From: Octopus bimaculoides
Taxonomy: Eukaryota
Length of the DNA: 37,302 nucleotides
Reading direction: 5' to 3'
Assembly: GCF_001194135.2 (NCBI RefSeq)
Contig: NC_068989.1
Coordinates: forward strand, 36,527,944 to 36,565,245
Every line of letters begins with the position of its first letter. Position 1 is the first letter of the stretch. Of the stretch, positions 10,594-23,449 are shown piece after piece. The position numbers and the translations under genes were made by a program. The notes under the pieces are model-generated. The model did not search any database. It was given only the letters and a program-made list of their open reading frames with translations, and was not told the DNA's origin.

Positions 10594-13500
10594 AATGAGA
10601 TAGAAGTTGTTTCCTGTTTGTTTACAGTTTTTATTGCACCTGAACATCTGCCACAAACAAAAACTAACTTGCTAGTTAACCTGCCTTTGATGTTGCTGCA
10701 CCTCTTATGTGTCTAGTGAATAAATAAGCAATACATTTGACAAAGAAATCTGAATGCTAAAGGGTTAATAGTTGTCAAAGCTGTGAATAACACAGAAATA
10801 ACTTCAAATCTAAACAACATCCAAGCCACAATTTCCTAGTACTGAAACAGTATCAAATATTTAACATCTTGCATATCAATATTCAATTTGTGGCATGAAT
10901 TAGGTAAATTTAGATATTTGCATAAATTGTTGGAGCCAATATTTTTTTTACTAGGCATTAATGCTAATATGAAACATTTGTGAACAAATAGAAAAAATAC
11001 TTTCTCTGCAATGTAGAGTAATTTAAGAGAAGAATGCAACCTTTAGATTGAGAATTTAAAATGGATGATTAAGAAATGAAAATATGAAAAATATTTGAGA
11101 AGTTTTCAATGGCTTGGCAAAGAAATGCCAAGCACCAATGAGTTTTCAAAAATGGCTGATGTATAAAAGTGTTATAGTGGGTGTGTAGAGATGATACATC
11201 AGGGGTGGAAAACTGGGAGGGGTCTGTGATAGAAGATAAAACTAAGTGGACCAGACTTATGTCACAGGAATACAATTGATGTAATGCTGAAATTAAGATG
11301 ATTTATACAGTGGGGTCTCTATATATGCACATAATCTGTTCCAGAGCTCTGTTTGTTAACTAAATCCTTCATTGCATGTGCAGTTGAAATATATATATAT
11401 ATAAGAGTAATCCATTCCAAGTCACACCTGAACTCTACTTAAGGACATGAAATAGTTTTATTTGTCCATCTATCATAACAAATATGTAAAGATGTGTATG
11501 TGTGCATTTCCCTGTCTCAGTTCTGCCAATCCATGATTGTTTATAGCAAAACATGAGAAGTGTTATTTTCTATATAAAATATGAAAATTCCAAAGTGACG
11601 TGAAATGCATACATGGACTTTAACAAACTGTTATACACACTCTTTCAGCCACACAAGTGTGCATAGTCTACTAGTTTCCCCACCACCTCAAATTTCAGCT
11701 CATTGCCTAAATACAATTTTTTTTTTCAAAAAACTATTCACTATGTAATCTGTTCATTTAGTGTACTGTTCATATATGCTTTCTCAGCATTTGTATGCAT
11801 TTGTTGTCTGTTCATAGTTTGTTGACCAAATTTCATCTTGTTAAGCAAATGAACTCCTAGTCACTTAAACGCATGCATAATGCGTTCATTGTTGATCAGA
11901 TTTCAGCTCATTGAGCACGTTTAATTTTCTTCAGAAAAACCATCCATTATTCAGTTTGTAAACCCAATAATATGAGAGAAAAAAAAAAAGAGTAACTGAT
12001 ATGATTTTTATCATTAAGTAACACTTCCAGACATATGCTGAGTGTTACTTGATATAAAGAAATCATAATAGAAATTAACATTCTTGAATGTTTTACATGG
12101 TTTAATAAACAGTAATAACTGCCAAACTAACTATTTATACTTTCGTGTATAAAACAAGTGTTATGTGATCAGACAACAGCTTCCTGTATCAAGTCATGTT
12201 TATTTCAATTACTATTATGCAGGCAAAGCGATATATTTGGAGACAATATATCAATAGAGCTAGTTGCTAGGCAGCAAGCCAACCACACCACACACACCAA
12301 AAATATTTTGTTTCACTTTAAGAACTTACATATAGTTCAACATAGTTAGTAATTCAAAGACTGCAGGTACACTTGGTACAAAAATTACCATTTATCATAA
12401 AAGCAGTAAGTCTAACCTTGCACACTACTTAATTATAATATAACTGTTCACAGTGATAATTGATGGTTCACTTTTGTGAACACCAACAGTAGTGATTTTA
12501 TATTTCTTTTGCACCTAGCTATCAACATATGAGAAATATTATTGGAATTCCATATAGGAATTCCAACTAAGGTATAGAAATATTCCTATTGGCAAGATTC
12601 AGATTACAAAAATATTCTGCATTGATTTTAAGTCTGAAGTTAAAGAAATGTATAAAAAGTACTAAAAGAAATTTTTAAAAAAGCGAAGTTAGATATCAAA
12701 ATATCTATAAGAATATAGCTGCTTCCCCTTCTTATAGCTTGTTTATTCAGTAAAAACTTTGATCTGATGATGGTGAACAATAGTATAGAGTTCTCTATAC
12801 TATTAGTTGCTATCAATACCACCAGTTTTCATAAATTGGCACATCTACCTCAAATGTCTATTTCAGCTTGAAATAACACGATAGCTTTTATTTTGGTTTG
12901 CCAGATGGTAGCACCACACAAATATCCTTCACTTCAAAGTTGGGATTAAACTTGACTCTTTCGTGTATAATCTAGACCTTAAGGTTTTTATGCACATAAC
13001 ATAGAAAAACATTTTAATCTACCATGTTTTTCAGCATGGAAACTTTTTGTATAAAAAAAAAACATAGAGGACCATTGCTTGGTGATTTTGCTAAACAATT
13101 GGCATGAATACTCAGCTAGTTTGCCTCCCAGTTTTATCTGATAGGCACTTATAGCCTGTGCCCAGCAAGAATTGTCCAATCCTGTGATGGGGCTTTGGTG
13201 ACTATAAAATTTTTTTTTTCCCTACAATTACATTTCCAAAATCAGAGTGCATCTTCCATGATGCAGCATCAACCATGCCTTAAAATACAATAATAACAAA
13301 CACTACAGCATCGCCTTAAATATATTTCTGATTGCTATGTGAATTCTAAGAACTAATCTAAGTTGTATAATAAAAGATTTAAGATCAAATCAATAATTGA
13401 GAAAGCAGTTGGAAATTAGATTTGAAAATAGATTATGAAGCTGCCTTATTGAAATATCTGACAGCTGGTTCTAAATATCATCATCTGGAATTTTTCATGC

Positions 13501-14300
13501 AGAACCATGTGAAATGAGATATGGTTGTAATATATCAAAATCTAGACAGTAAAGTTGTTTTAGACAAAAGAAACAGTTCAACAGTAAGACTCACACATAA
13601 AGTAGCAGAGAATGTTATAATGCCATTAGCTACAGGGATGATGGCAAGTTTTAATTTCATAGTTTTCACTCCTTCGAGAAAAAAAATTAGGAAGTTTTCT
13701 GATGAATTTTTCTTCTCTAGTTTTAATGACTGAAAAAGCCAGCTTGACATGTACACACTTATCAAGTTTACTCACAACTACAAAACTACAAGCAAAAGAT
13801 AAAAACACTATCATTATTCAAGCATATTAGTAGAATAATTAAAACATCGCTAGTGAAATGTCTGAAACAATTAATAAACATAGAGAAATAGAATATGTAT
13901 GTTGCGAACTTCAGACATAGACTTGCATTTAACAAGCTAGATATGTTTTGGGGATTGTTTGTGTCAAATAAAGGATAGGCTTTCCTTCTTTATATAATCA
14001 GTTGAAGTTGGAATGTACTTAAAGTATAGAAATTTCCGATTATAAAGCTGGTCAGCTGATATAACAGTTATCTCCAATAAAAATGTCACTCTTATGCTGT
14101 GACAGTTTATAAATTATTTCATCCAAAAACAAAATTTGTCCAATGTAAAATCTTTAGTAATGTAACAACTAGATACTGTAATTTATATTTTCTGATTTCA
14201 ACATCAGTTGATTAATATGTACTCTTCTTGCAAATCCAGAATTAAAATCTCCAATACATAAGAAAATGCAACTATATCAGTAGATAATACAGAAAATGTT

Positions 14301-14515
14301 TTAACCCTTTTGTTACCAAATTTCTGTTGAAATACACTGCTTTTATTTAATTTTGAAAATAATGAGGAATTTTGTAAAATAGCAGACCTTATTACGCTGA
14401 TACTTCAAACATAAATTGACATGAAATTTTATTAGGTTTTATAATTTAGATCACTTAAAAGTTTGTATCATAGAACCAGGGGTAGTTTTAGGTGGGTTGG
14501 AATCAAAAGGGTTAC
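14301..14515. mobile_element. Second piggyBac-like MITE, about 215 bp
   Basis: The left end TTAACCCTTTTGTTACC is an imperfect inverted repeat of the right end GGAATCAAAAGGGTTAC. Confidence 0.7.
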
Positions 14516-15362
14516 AAGTTTTACAAGAGAAGTTTGACTGCATTATAAAATTGCTTCAGTGATTGATAAAGTAGGAGATATAAAAATGTATAACATTAGA
14601 TACCAGAAACATCTAAATTGTTTCTTGTATAAATGTATAATATCTAAAATTATGATTAAAATTAATGAACATCATTTCCTTTTCATGTCATTAAGGATTA
14701 AAACAACACAGCTTGACTTCTGACATGTCTTACACCAACTTGAAATATATATTCAATCCAGTTTGTCTCCTTTGCTGGAAGTTGTTTTTAGTGGTTACAA
14801 ACATTGAGTGAAGAGAGAACTAAAATCTGATAGATTAGAAATAGCAATATCTTCAGAATTCACTCAGAAATCAACAAAACCTCTTTAATGAAATAAGAAG
14901 TAGGTCAATTCCTATTCTGTGCTACTTAAAAAAGATTTCAAGACAATTATTACGAGGCATCACTAGAAATTACATTTCAATAGTAATCCATTTTAACTAC
15001 CCATTGAAACAATAAAGTTAATGAAACAAACAAATTGAAGTCAATCAAATAATACATATAACAAAAGCTAGTTTATATATTTACTAATCAACATCAATGT
15101 TGTAGAAATTAATTCATTAATTTACCTACACATCTAAAATAAAAAGAAACTGGAAGTTATGTTCTAATCAGTCCAAAATTAAAGCAACACTAATTGAAAT
15201 GTTTATAATTTAAGAGGTGGAAACTTGAATGTGGCTACAGCTGGGAATCAGATCTCATTTTTAGCTCTCTTAATTAACAGGCAATTCAACCTCTCAAATT
15301 TCTTGTATATTGTCACGGGATACGTAGATTGGTAGATAGATAAGTAGGTAAGTAGGCATAAA

Positions 15363-15718
15363 TGTTGTTTCAGTCATTAGACTGCAGCCATGCTGGGGCA
15401 CTACTTTGAAGAATTTTAATTGAACAAACCAATCCCAGTACTAATCTTTTTAAGCTGGATACTTATTCTATCAGTATCTTTTGCCAGACTGCTAAGTTAC
15501 AAGGATGTAGACAAAACAGCAGTTGTCAAGTAGTAGTGGAGGACAAACACAGACACACAGACACACATGACAGGCTTCTTTCAGTTTCCATCTAAATCCA
15601 TTCAAAAGGCTTTGGTCAGCCCAAGGCTACAGTAGAAGACACTTGCCCAAGGTGCTACACAGTAGGACTGAACCCGGAACCATGTGGTTCGGAAGCAAAC
15701 TGCTTACCACACAGACAT
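15363..15718 (-). mobile_element. SINE family A, near full length
   Basis: Both head (GACACTTGCCCAAGGTGCTACACAGTAGGACTGAACCCGGAACCATGTGG) and tail are homologous to 5045-5425. Confidence 0.9.
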
Positions 15719-16424
15719 ATCTGCACCTATGTATTATATATATTATTTCCTTTTTATATACTCATTACTGATCAATTATCCCTCAGCTACTGTCATAAAA
15801 TAGCAATGCCTGATACAGAGTCCTTTTGATGGCTAATAGAGATTATTTTCATTCCATTACTATATATTCCTAGAATACTTTTAACAGCTGAATGCCTTAT
15901 TCATTGTTTCACTTTAACAAATATATTAATGATACACTATTCAATTTATCCACACCTGAAACTCAACCTTGTGTAGTCTTTTCAGTGAAATTGAATAGGA
16001 CTCTTGGTTCTACACAAGAATGTATGTACATCTCAGTGACCATTGTTACAGCAATAAAAGTAAAAAAGGAAACTCAGCAGTGGACATGTATCCAAGAAGG
16101 AGAGCAGAAAAGTTTGCTAAGTGGCCATTTTTTAAAGATGTCTAGACTGTACATGTGCACAGAATATGCATAGTTCCAGTTGTGTAAACAATGCTATGTT
16201 ATGCAGCAGTTATAAGTAGTGCCTCACATAGTGAGTAACTTAAGGTTGAAATAGAATCTGGGTAGGAAACTGTGAGTGCTACAATCTTGGCTATCTACAG
16301 ATATAAGGTCATTATGAAAAGTATCCAGAATTTTAAAAAATCTTTTTACTGGATTTAATCTGGATTGTCTGTAGCTTTTGCAGTCCCTCTAAGATGAGTG
16401 TAATTGACTTGCAACATTTTTCTT

Positions 16425-17150
16425 AAACAGCTGCAAGCTGATGCCTACAGGAAAAGAAAAATGTATACAGAGTGACAATTCCAGAGTCAATGTTCTGGTA
16501 CAGAAGAATTAAGAGTGTGTGGGGATGAGAGGTGAAGGGTTGAGGAAGAGGGATACAATATGGGTGACAAGAGAAAGATAAACAAGTTAGGTGTGAGACA
16601 TGAGACAAGCAAGCTGTTAGGAGCAGAGGCCACTGTAGTCACAAGAGAGGAAGCAGCATGTCTGTACATTAGAGCTTGTTGGAAAGCAACTTAGCCAGTC
16701 ATTGAGAAAGCCTTTCCTTGGATGTGATGCAGCAGCATCCCAGATGTAGGAGAAGTATTTTGGAGTTCCCTACAGTTTGTAATGGGTTAGTAGTTGTATG
16801 TAAAACATTTGCTGAAATATTTTCTGGCTCTGGAAAGAAATAAGATAATGTTTCCTTGCTATGTGCAATGATAGTTGTTGAAAGAAACATGATTGGCATG
16901 ACCCAATTAGAGAATGTCTCTGGGGTTGCTTCATGAAGTCAATTGCAGGTTAGGTGTGAGATATCTAGGTTGCATATGGGTGGTACTCGAGTGTAGAAGG
17001 TTAGGAAGGTATGATGGTAGTATAATCTGCCTGAACAAGGATATTGAAGTGACAGCATGTAGATCATTGGTGTCAAAGAGGAAGAATGTGGCAGCAGAAA
17101 AATACAAACTTTGGAACACACTAAAGTCTTATAAAGTCAATGTAAGAAAG
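16425..17150 (-). mobile_element. Heavily decayed CR1/L2-group LINE (RT and C-terminal region)
   Basis: The minus strand reads VFQSLYFSAATFFLFDTNDLHAVTS (cf. VPQGSVLAPTLFLIFINDL) and, further on, LLTHYKL..PKYFSYIWDAAASH (cf. LLTLYKAQVRPTLEYCSHIW). Confidence 0.6.
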
Positions 17151-17348
17151 AGCTCCAATAACACAATACATGATACTAATAAAATAATGTGACAGTATAT
17201 CCTGCATATGATATAGGTTATCTTTAATTGAATCTGCAGTGTATGCATTTTGGTACTATGAAAATAATATCTTATTTGCAAGTATATTCAAAGAGATGAT
17301 GTTATCTTCTTAGGGATGAAAGTGGTTGCAGATGATAGCAAACCTGTT

Positions 17349-17510
17349 TAACCCCATATTATATGGTCAAATGTATTCCAGTCACAACTATTTCATATTG
17401 ACAGTTCATCTCGAACTACATTATACAGTGGATTCCTTTTTAAGAAGATGCAAGTTGAAAGATCTGGTTGCTATTTTTAGTAGATGAGTGACCAGTAGAC
17501 AGTTTCCTCT
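17349..17510 (+). repeat. Dispersed repeat family B, decayed copy
   Basis: TATTCCAGTCACAAC...AAGATCTGGTTGCTATTTTTAGTAGATGAGTGACCAG resembles the copies at 24795-25795. Confidence 0.55.
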
Positions 17511-17606
17511 TTTGCTTAATAAACAGTAAACAGCTCATTTATGCAGAAGATAGTAAAAGAAACTCCAATAAATGACAGCAAGCTTCACTTAATGAGTAAA
17601 ACCTAC

Positions 17607-17735
17607 CAAGACACATTTATCACAATATTTATACAAGAAATAACTGAAGGCTTTGTAAAAGGAAAGAGAAAATATTTGCATCCAGACATGAAAGCAACTA
17701 AATAGTTTACAAAACTTGCAGATTTATACAAAAAT
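17607..17735 (-). other. Candidate 129-nt exon of an unidentified host gene
   Basis: Acceptor TTTCATTTTTATATTTTGTAG and donor TTG|GTAGGT; one open frame, FLYKSASFVNYLVAFMSGCKYFLFPFTKPSVISCINIVINVS. No homology recognised. Confidence 0.3.
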
Positions 17736-19619
17736 CTACAAAATATAAAAATGAAATTTAAACAAAATGTTAAACTGTATTAATATTTTTAATCTATTTT
17801 CATTATACACTTAAAATTGATACCAGAGCTTTTGTTTTCAACTTAATTTTTATTCTGCTTTAAATAAAAGCACCAAAAAATTGATTTCTTATAATATGCA
17901 AATTTAATCATTTAAAAAACTGTAGTAGCAGAAATTCTCTCAAAAGTTTAAATATATGGTTATCATTGGAAGATCTTGCAGCATTTTAGCTATTGGCAGC
18001 ATCATTCCTAAATGTCATATCTCTACTGAAATCCACTTCAAGAGACAGACGCAAGATGTAACTGACTACTTTTGTCAATCTTTACTTTTCTACAGATATT
18101 TTTTAAAGACCTTTCTTATTCTACATTAGAATTTTAATGTGAGGAAGATAGATAAAGCATTTTTTCCATTAAATATGCTTCAAATTTTAACATTACACTA
18201 GCTACATGAATATTGTTGAGAGTATGGCGACAATAAAATGGCTTCAAATTTATACATTATTAAAATTATTGATCTTAGTCTCCAAACTCCAGTCAGCATT
18301 CATTAGTCTTAGAACAACAATGAACCAGAATGCCATATTAATGATTTTTAAATCAGACACAAGGGGACACATTCTGGAAGAGGGAATAGACAGTTACATT
18401 AATCAAAGCCTGGAAGGATGACAGCAATTTAACAGGCTGTATTTGTAAAAGGATGAAAGTAAATACTGCAATACATTTTAGTCCATTGCTTTACCAATTC
18501 TGCCAGCCAAAGGAACAAGCAAGGTACTTGCTTAAGAAGTTTGCTTTACAAATGCATTTGATTTCACTGCATAGTACCTATGACTTTTACTATAGCTTTG
18601 AAAATGGAATCTGGTACAGAGAAGCTATGCTGAAGCCCAAAGTGTATGTGGATGCATGTGCACTTGTAATTATGTATGTGCACTTGTAATTATGTATGTG
18701 TGCTTTTAGTTTTCACTGATATGTGTGAACAAATGATGTTTGCTGAGAAATGCATAAAGCTACTTTTTGTCAATGATGTCCCTTACAAATCCTGTGACAT
18801 TCCTTTGTCAACTCTTCAATCATAAACAAACCAATGATGGAACCATTGGGAACCTATAATTAATGATGCTATTATTCACTAATTACAAAATATTAAAGGA
18901 CACCATCATCTCCTCCTAAGTGTTTTTTCTCTCCCTCCCTAAACCTCACCCTACTATGTTATTTCAACTTACAATAATCTTCCAGCTTCAAGCTCAGTCT
19001 TCCTTTTAAAGTACCATATACTAAAGAAAATGCCAAAAATTATGAGAAGTTTTGAGATTAAATAGACCTCTCATCCAAGGTATTCTATCCATGGCCATCC
19101 TGACATTTTTGGGAGTGTTTAGAACTAGTTAATGTACTCTATACACACACACAAAGACAAGCTGTGAAGATTTGGGTGTTATTTGTAGCAGGTCAAGAAA
19201 CCACAGTGGTACTCTGGTTGTCTCAAGAGACAGGAAATTGGCTCTGTGATAAAGAGAACAAGAATAGATATTCATTGATACAAGTTTCTATAGCTTGTAT
19301 TTCTGCATTTGTACCTTGCTATCTTTCACATATCAAGGTCAGTGAGTACTAACTGAACATTTAAAAACATTTTATTATCTTGCTTACCCATCACATAATA
19401 AAGCTAGACATGTTTTCCTTGTAGCAACTGTATGTTGCATAAGCAGAGTGTCTAGTGGCAAATAGAATCAGCAATGTATTTTTAAAACTCATTAGTTAGT
19501 CTTTATTGGCAGTGCTTAAAAGCTTGTGCATCACTAACAAACAAATGACCTAGTAGCTTGTAACTATGCTTTTGCTAATTGCTTAAATATTCCAATATAG
19601 TTGTGATGGGAGTTTTTTT

Positions 19620-19825
19620 CAACCCATTCATCTTTGACCCAGTGGAACACTAGGGATGTGCCAGCTAGAAGGAGAGAGGGCTACACTAGCATTCATTTGG
19701 TATTTTCAGCTTAGCAAACCAGAGCAAAGTGAAGTTAGGTTTACTTAAACACATGCCACCAAGTTCGGAAATCATAGCCACAATCTTATGATCATGAGCT
19801 GAACACACTAATCACCAGGCCATGT
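19620..19825 (-). mobile_element. Decayed tRNA-derived SINE, family C
   Basis: The reverse complement begins CATGGCCTGGTGATTAGTGTGTTCAGCTCATGATCATAAGATTGTG, a tRNA-like head; similar to 23105-23240. Confidence 0.6.
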
Positions 19826-20352
19826 ATTTTCAGTCAGAATTAAAAAGCAAGCACCCTATAACTCAAGATGTTCTGAGATATATCAGAAATACTTTTCAAC
19901 AAAATATTCAATGCTTTTTGCATATCTGCACATATCAGTCGTATTACAGGGGAGTTTGCACCAGAACAAACAAAAGTCCAGTGTCCATGTCAGTGATCCA
20001 AGCTAAAATTACAAATTTAGAGATCTTTCTGGTTGAATTTTAAACCCTTATCTTAACACTCTTGCTCATATCTACATTGTAATTGAGTATAAAATTATTT
20101 TCTTTTAATGTCTTTCAATAGCTGAAGAGATATTGCCTTTCAAAGGCAGGATCAACTTAGTCACAATTCAAAGAAAAAGGAAAAAACAGACAAAAGGAAC
20201 AAAAATTTTAAGATGTTTTATAAAACTAAAAGAAAATATTTTCTTTTTCAGTTTTAAATGAGTCATGAAAACAATTATGTTGATACATTTTTTAAATAAC
20301 AAATTAGTAAAAACATCACCTGCTCAACCCACCTGTTATTTTGTTCTTCCAA

Positions 20353-20450
20353 CTAATAATAATTTTAATTTTTGACACAAGGACAGCAATTTTAGGAAGA
20401 AGTAAGTCAATTATATCAACCCTAAAAGGATGAAAGGCAAAGATGACCTC
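20353..20450 (-). mobile_element. Truncated Deu/Nin-core-like SINE (family D)
   Basis: AAAAGGATGAAAGGCAAAGATGACCTC resembles the core of the copies at 20668-21110. Confidence 0.55.
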
Positions 20451-20667
20451 ATAACTGAAAGAGAAGAAATGCCACTAAGCATTTTGGGTGTCACGTGTGT
20501 GCAGTATACCTAACCATTTACACTTTAGTATGAAGTCTAAAACTCCAAACCCTAACCTAACCCAGATCAGGTCATTTTACAGTATAGACTACAGATACTG
20601 TGGAAGACCACATGCTAAAGTAACACTGCATTTTGTCCAAGCTAATGATTCTACCAGCTTGCCACCA

Positions 20668-21110
20668 CCTTATAATAATCCTTTCTACAATAGGCGCAAG
20701 GGCTGAAATTTGGGAGAAGGGGCTAGTTAATTACACCCACCTCAGTACTTAACTGGTACTTATTTCACTGACCTCAAAACAATGAAAAGCAAAAATCAAC
20801 TTCAGCAGAATTTGAACTCCAAATGTAAATACAAACCAAATGCCAATAAGCATTTGGTCCAGTGTGCTAATGATTCTGCCAACTTGCCATTTTAATAATA
20901 CTGATCCTTTTACTATAGGTACAAAGCCTGAAATTTTGGAGGAGGGGCTAATCAATTACACTGATCCCAGTGCTCAACTGTACTTTATTGATTACAAAAG
21001 GATGAAAGACAAAGTCAACCTTGGTAGATTTGAACTCAGAACATAAAGCCAGAAATGTCATGAAGCATTGTGTCAAGCATGCTAACTATTCTGCAAGATC
21101 ATATTATTAT
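20668..21110 (-). mobile_element. Two tandem Deu/Nin-core-like tRNA SINEs (family D), plus a partial head at about 20625-20665
   Basis: Units 20668-20890 and 20895-21110 share GAAATTT..GGGGCTA..AATTACAC..CAGT.CT.AACTG.TACTT..GATGAAAG.CAAAGTCAAC..ATTTGAACTC (B-box-like on minus)...GCTAA..ATTCTGC. Confidence 0.8.
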
Positions 21111-21914
21111 TATAATAAAGGACAGTTCATTTTCTAATGTACAGTATTTCATTTTATCCCTGCATTCCTATATGATGAGGCTGGTTTGTGTGGGTTTAGA
21201 AAGACAGGAAGTTCATTGTAAAGTAGAAACACATGACCAGTGGAAGGAGGGAGTAAGATTGTGTAAATGATGAGATAAATTGAGTGAGGATAGGAAGACA
21301 AGTAGTTAATGACAACTGGGCTATGAGGATGTTATTTTACATAGCAACTGGTAATCCACATATTATATACTCATTGTCTTCTTATCAAGAATTTTACTTC
21401 AATGCAGTTCTACATTATTCTTTAAAACTAAATCTCTCTGGAACACACACACGCATTCTCATTAAATACCGACCTATAATAATTCAGACTGAAAACTAAA
21501 ACATTGACGCTATCTTAAGTCAATATACGTTTTTAACTACATACTATAGTATAGCATAAAAACTAAATGTTCAACACAAGTTCAATTTCCAGTATGGATA
21601 TTTTTACTTTTCCACCAATATTTTTAGGTAAGACATATCACAATTCCAATTTCTTGATATGAAGCCTAATGGATCCTTATGAAGAGTTGAGCAATCAACA
21701 ATTTATCACACTAATACACAGGTAAAAATAAGCCTTCAACAAAATATTGTCTCAGTCTAAAATCCTTTGACATTTCCTCTTCATGTCAAGCATTACATTA
21801 TTGAACATCTTTCTAACCTATTTTTACTAACTTCCCAAATAATTACATTACTATTTAAATTATCCTTCAGTAACTGAGCACTCTTAGGACTAGATGTCAT
21901 TTCAACATTTTTTT

Positions 21915-22295
21915 TTTAATGATTTTATACATCTACTTTTCTGAGCTAGTATGGGTTGGAAAGGTTTGTTTCAACATACCATTTCCCTCTTTCATGTAAT
22001 CCATCGTAAAAGATCCAGCATCCTGAGATCACCACTTCTCCCCTGCGTCTTCAAGCTCCTCCCATTTATATTGATACTTTTTCTCTCAAGCCATCATTTT
22101 TCATATTCAACATGCCCATACATACACTATATTCTCTACTGGACAGTGTAATGCCCCTAGTTCCCAATTATTTTTCCCTCAGGTCATGTGTTCCATTGGT
22201 CATGCAGGTTGACATCACACATCCACTGGAGCACACTTAATTTATTTCCAGCCTTCATATACTTTCCACATTCAACATCAATGCCTTGAGAGCAG
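21915..22295 (-). mobile_element. Old RTE LINE 3' end
   Basis: The minus strand gives a decayed RLE..SVLQWMCDV..LREK.GTRGI and ends in CCAACCCATACTAGC, matching the terminal motif at 9860-9878. Confidence 0.65.
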
Positions 22296-22321
22296 ACAAT
22301 ATTGCACTTTGTGCATAGACA

Positions 22322-22650
22322 CAAGTGGAGGTGTGTGGTTAAGAAGTTTACTTCTCAACTACATGCTTTTGAACTCAGTCCCACTGTTGTTACCTTGGGC
22401 AAGTGTCTTCTACTCTAGAGGCCAACTAAACCTTGTGAGTGGATTTAGTAGTCAAAGACTGAAAGAAGTCTGTTGTGTGTGTGAAGCATAGGTCTCATCT
22501 TGACAGTGACTTGTAAATGACTGGCAATCATTTCCAATATTCTTTGAAAACATGTCTGACCATGGGCAAATATCTTATTTGGAAATAAAGTAAGGCTTAG
22601 CAACAGGAAGGTCATTTGGCCATAGAAAATCTGACTTAAAATTCATTCAA
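22322..22650 (+). mobile_element. SINE family A head with an RTE-like 3' tail
   Basis: GTGGTTAAGAAGTTTACTTCTCAAC...CAGTCCCACTG..CCTTGGGCAAGTGTCTTC...GACTGAAAGAAG. The tail AACAGGAAGGTCATTTGGCCATAGAAA resembles the RTE 3' UTR (reverse complement of 9955-9980). Confidence 0.8.
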
Positions 22651-23104
22651 AAATGGGACTTTAAAATGACATGAGCATCATACATTTAGTACACCTTTCA
22701 GAAGTAGAAGCTCTTTATTGTAAACATAAATAGCTCTCTGAATTTTTTTACACTCCCATTGTTACTCCAGCTACTATGTTTTTACAACACCCACCTCCAC
22801 CTAAATTAGGTCACCTAGGTCTAGGAAACTATCAACTATTTCTAATGAGTTTTCTTGGCAATGAGAAAAAATTACAAAGCCTTCCTTATGAATGAAGATG
22901 TCCTTGACATTGGAATATATATTAAGAACAATGACTAGACACTGCAAGTTATACAGTAAAAAAGTGGAGGAGGAGAACAAGCCAAAATTGACAAAAGAAT
23001 GAGAAAGCTTCAAAGACTATTCAAATTAACCTTTGAAGCCATCAGAATAAGCAGGCAAAACAATTATAACTTCCTATGAGAGAAATAAAATATTGTATTT
23101 TAAG

Positions 23105-23240
23105 GTACATGGCCAAGTGATTACTATCATGAGATTGTAGGTTCAATTCTTGGACCAGGTGGCATGTTAAGAGCTTTCTTTCCATTATTCAGTCTACACA
23201 GCTGAAAAGGAGCATAGCCAAGTTCTGGTGTAACTCTACC
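23105..23240 (+). mobile_element. Decayed SINE family C
   Basis: CATGGCCAAGTGATTA..ATCATGAGATTGTAGGTTCAATTC, a tRNA-like head with a B-box. Confidence 0.55.
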
Positions 23241-23449
23241 CCACCCTACTTCCATCTACAATATCCTCAATGTTCTCCTGGGTCCAGAATGGCAAACCTT
23301 ATATGGCACCTAAGGCAATTAGTGAAAGCATGGTACATACTACCAATTCACACTCACTTGTGGATGGCAGCAATGGGCACAATTTGAATGTATTACATAT
23401 AACAGCACACATAGCTTTGGTCAATTTCAAGTTATATCATTTTTCTTTA

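Larger units (their letters stand above)
9686..10768. mobile_element. piggyBac-like MITE (TTAA-CCCTTTAGCATT ends) interrupted by nested insertions
   Basis: Perfect 16-bp inverted ends TTAACCCTTTAGCATT (9686-9701) and AATGCTAAAGGGTTAA (10753-10768). A TTAA target site with CCC/GGG termini is the piggyBac signature. Confidence 0.8.

Noticed and set aside
11080-11260. Possible mariner N-terminal remnant
   Set aside because: Similarity is too weak to support.
13521-13814. Three overlapping 62-76 aa ORFs
   Set aside because: No recognisable motif and no paired splice sites.
15892-16173. 93-aa plus-strand ORF
   Set aside because: An in-frame stop lies directly upstream, and there is no domain or coding-like composition.
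18656-18700. Exact 20-bp tandem duplication (also a 13-bp one near 34475-34500)
   Set aside because: Ordinary slippage duplication.
20545-20565. AACCCTAACCTAACCC interstitial telomere-like motif
   Set aside because: Only about three imperfect units; such motifs are common in TE remnants.
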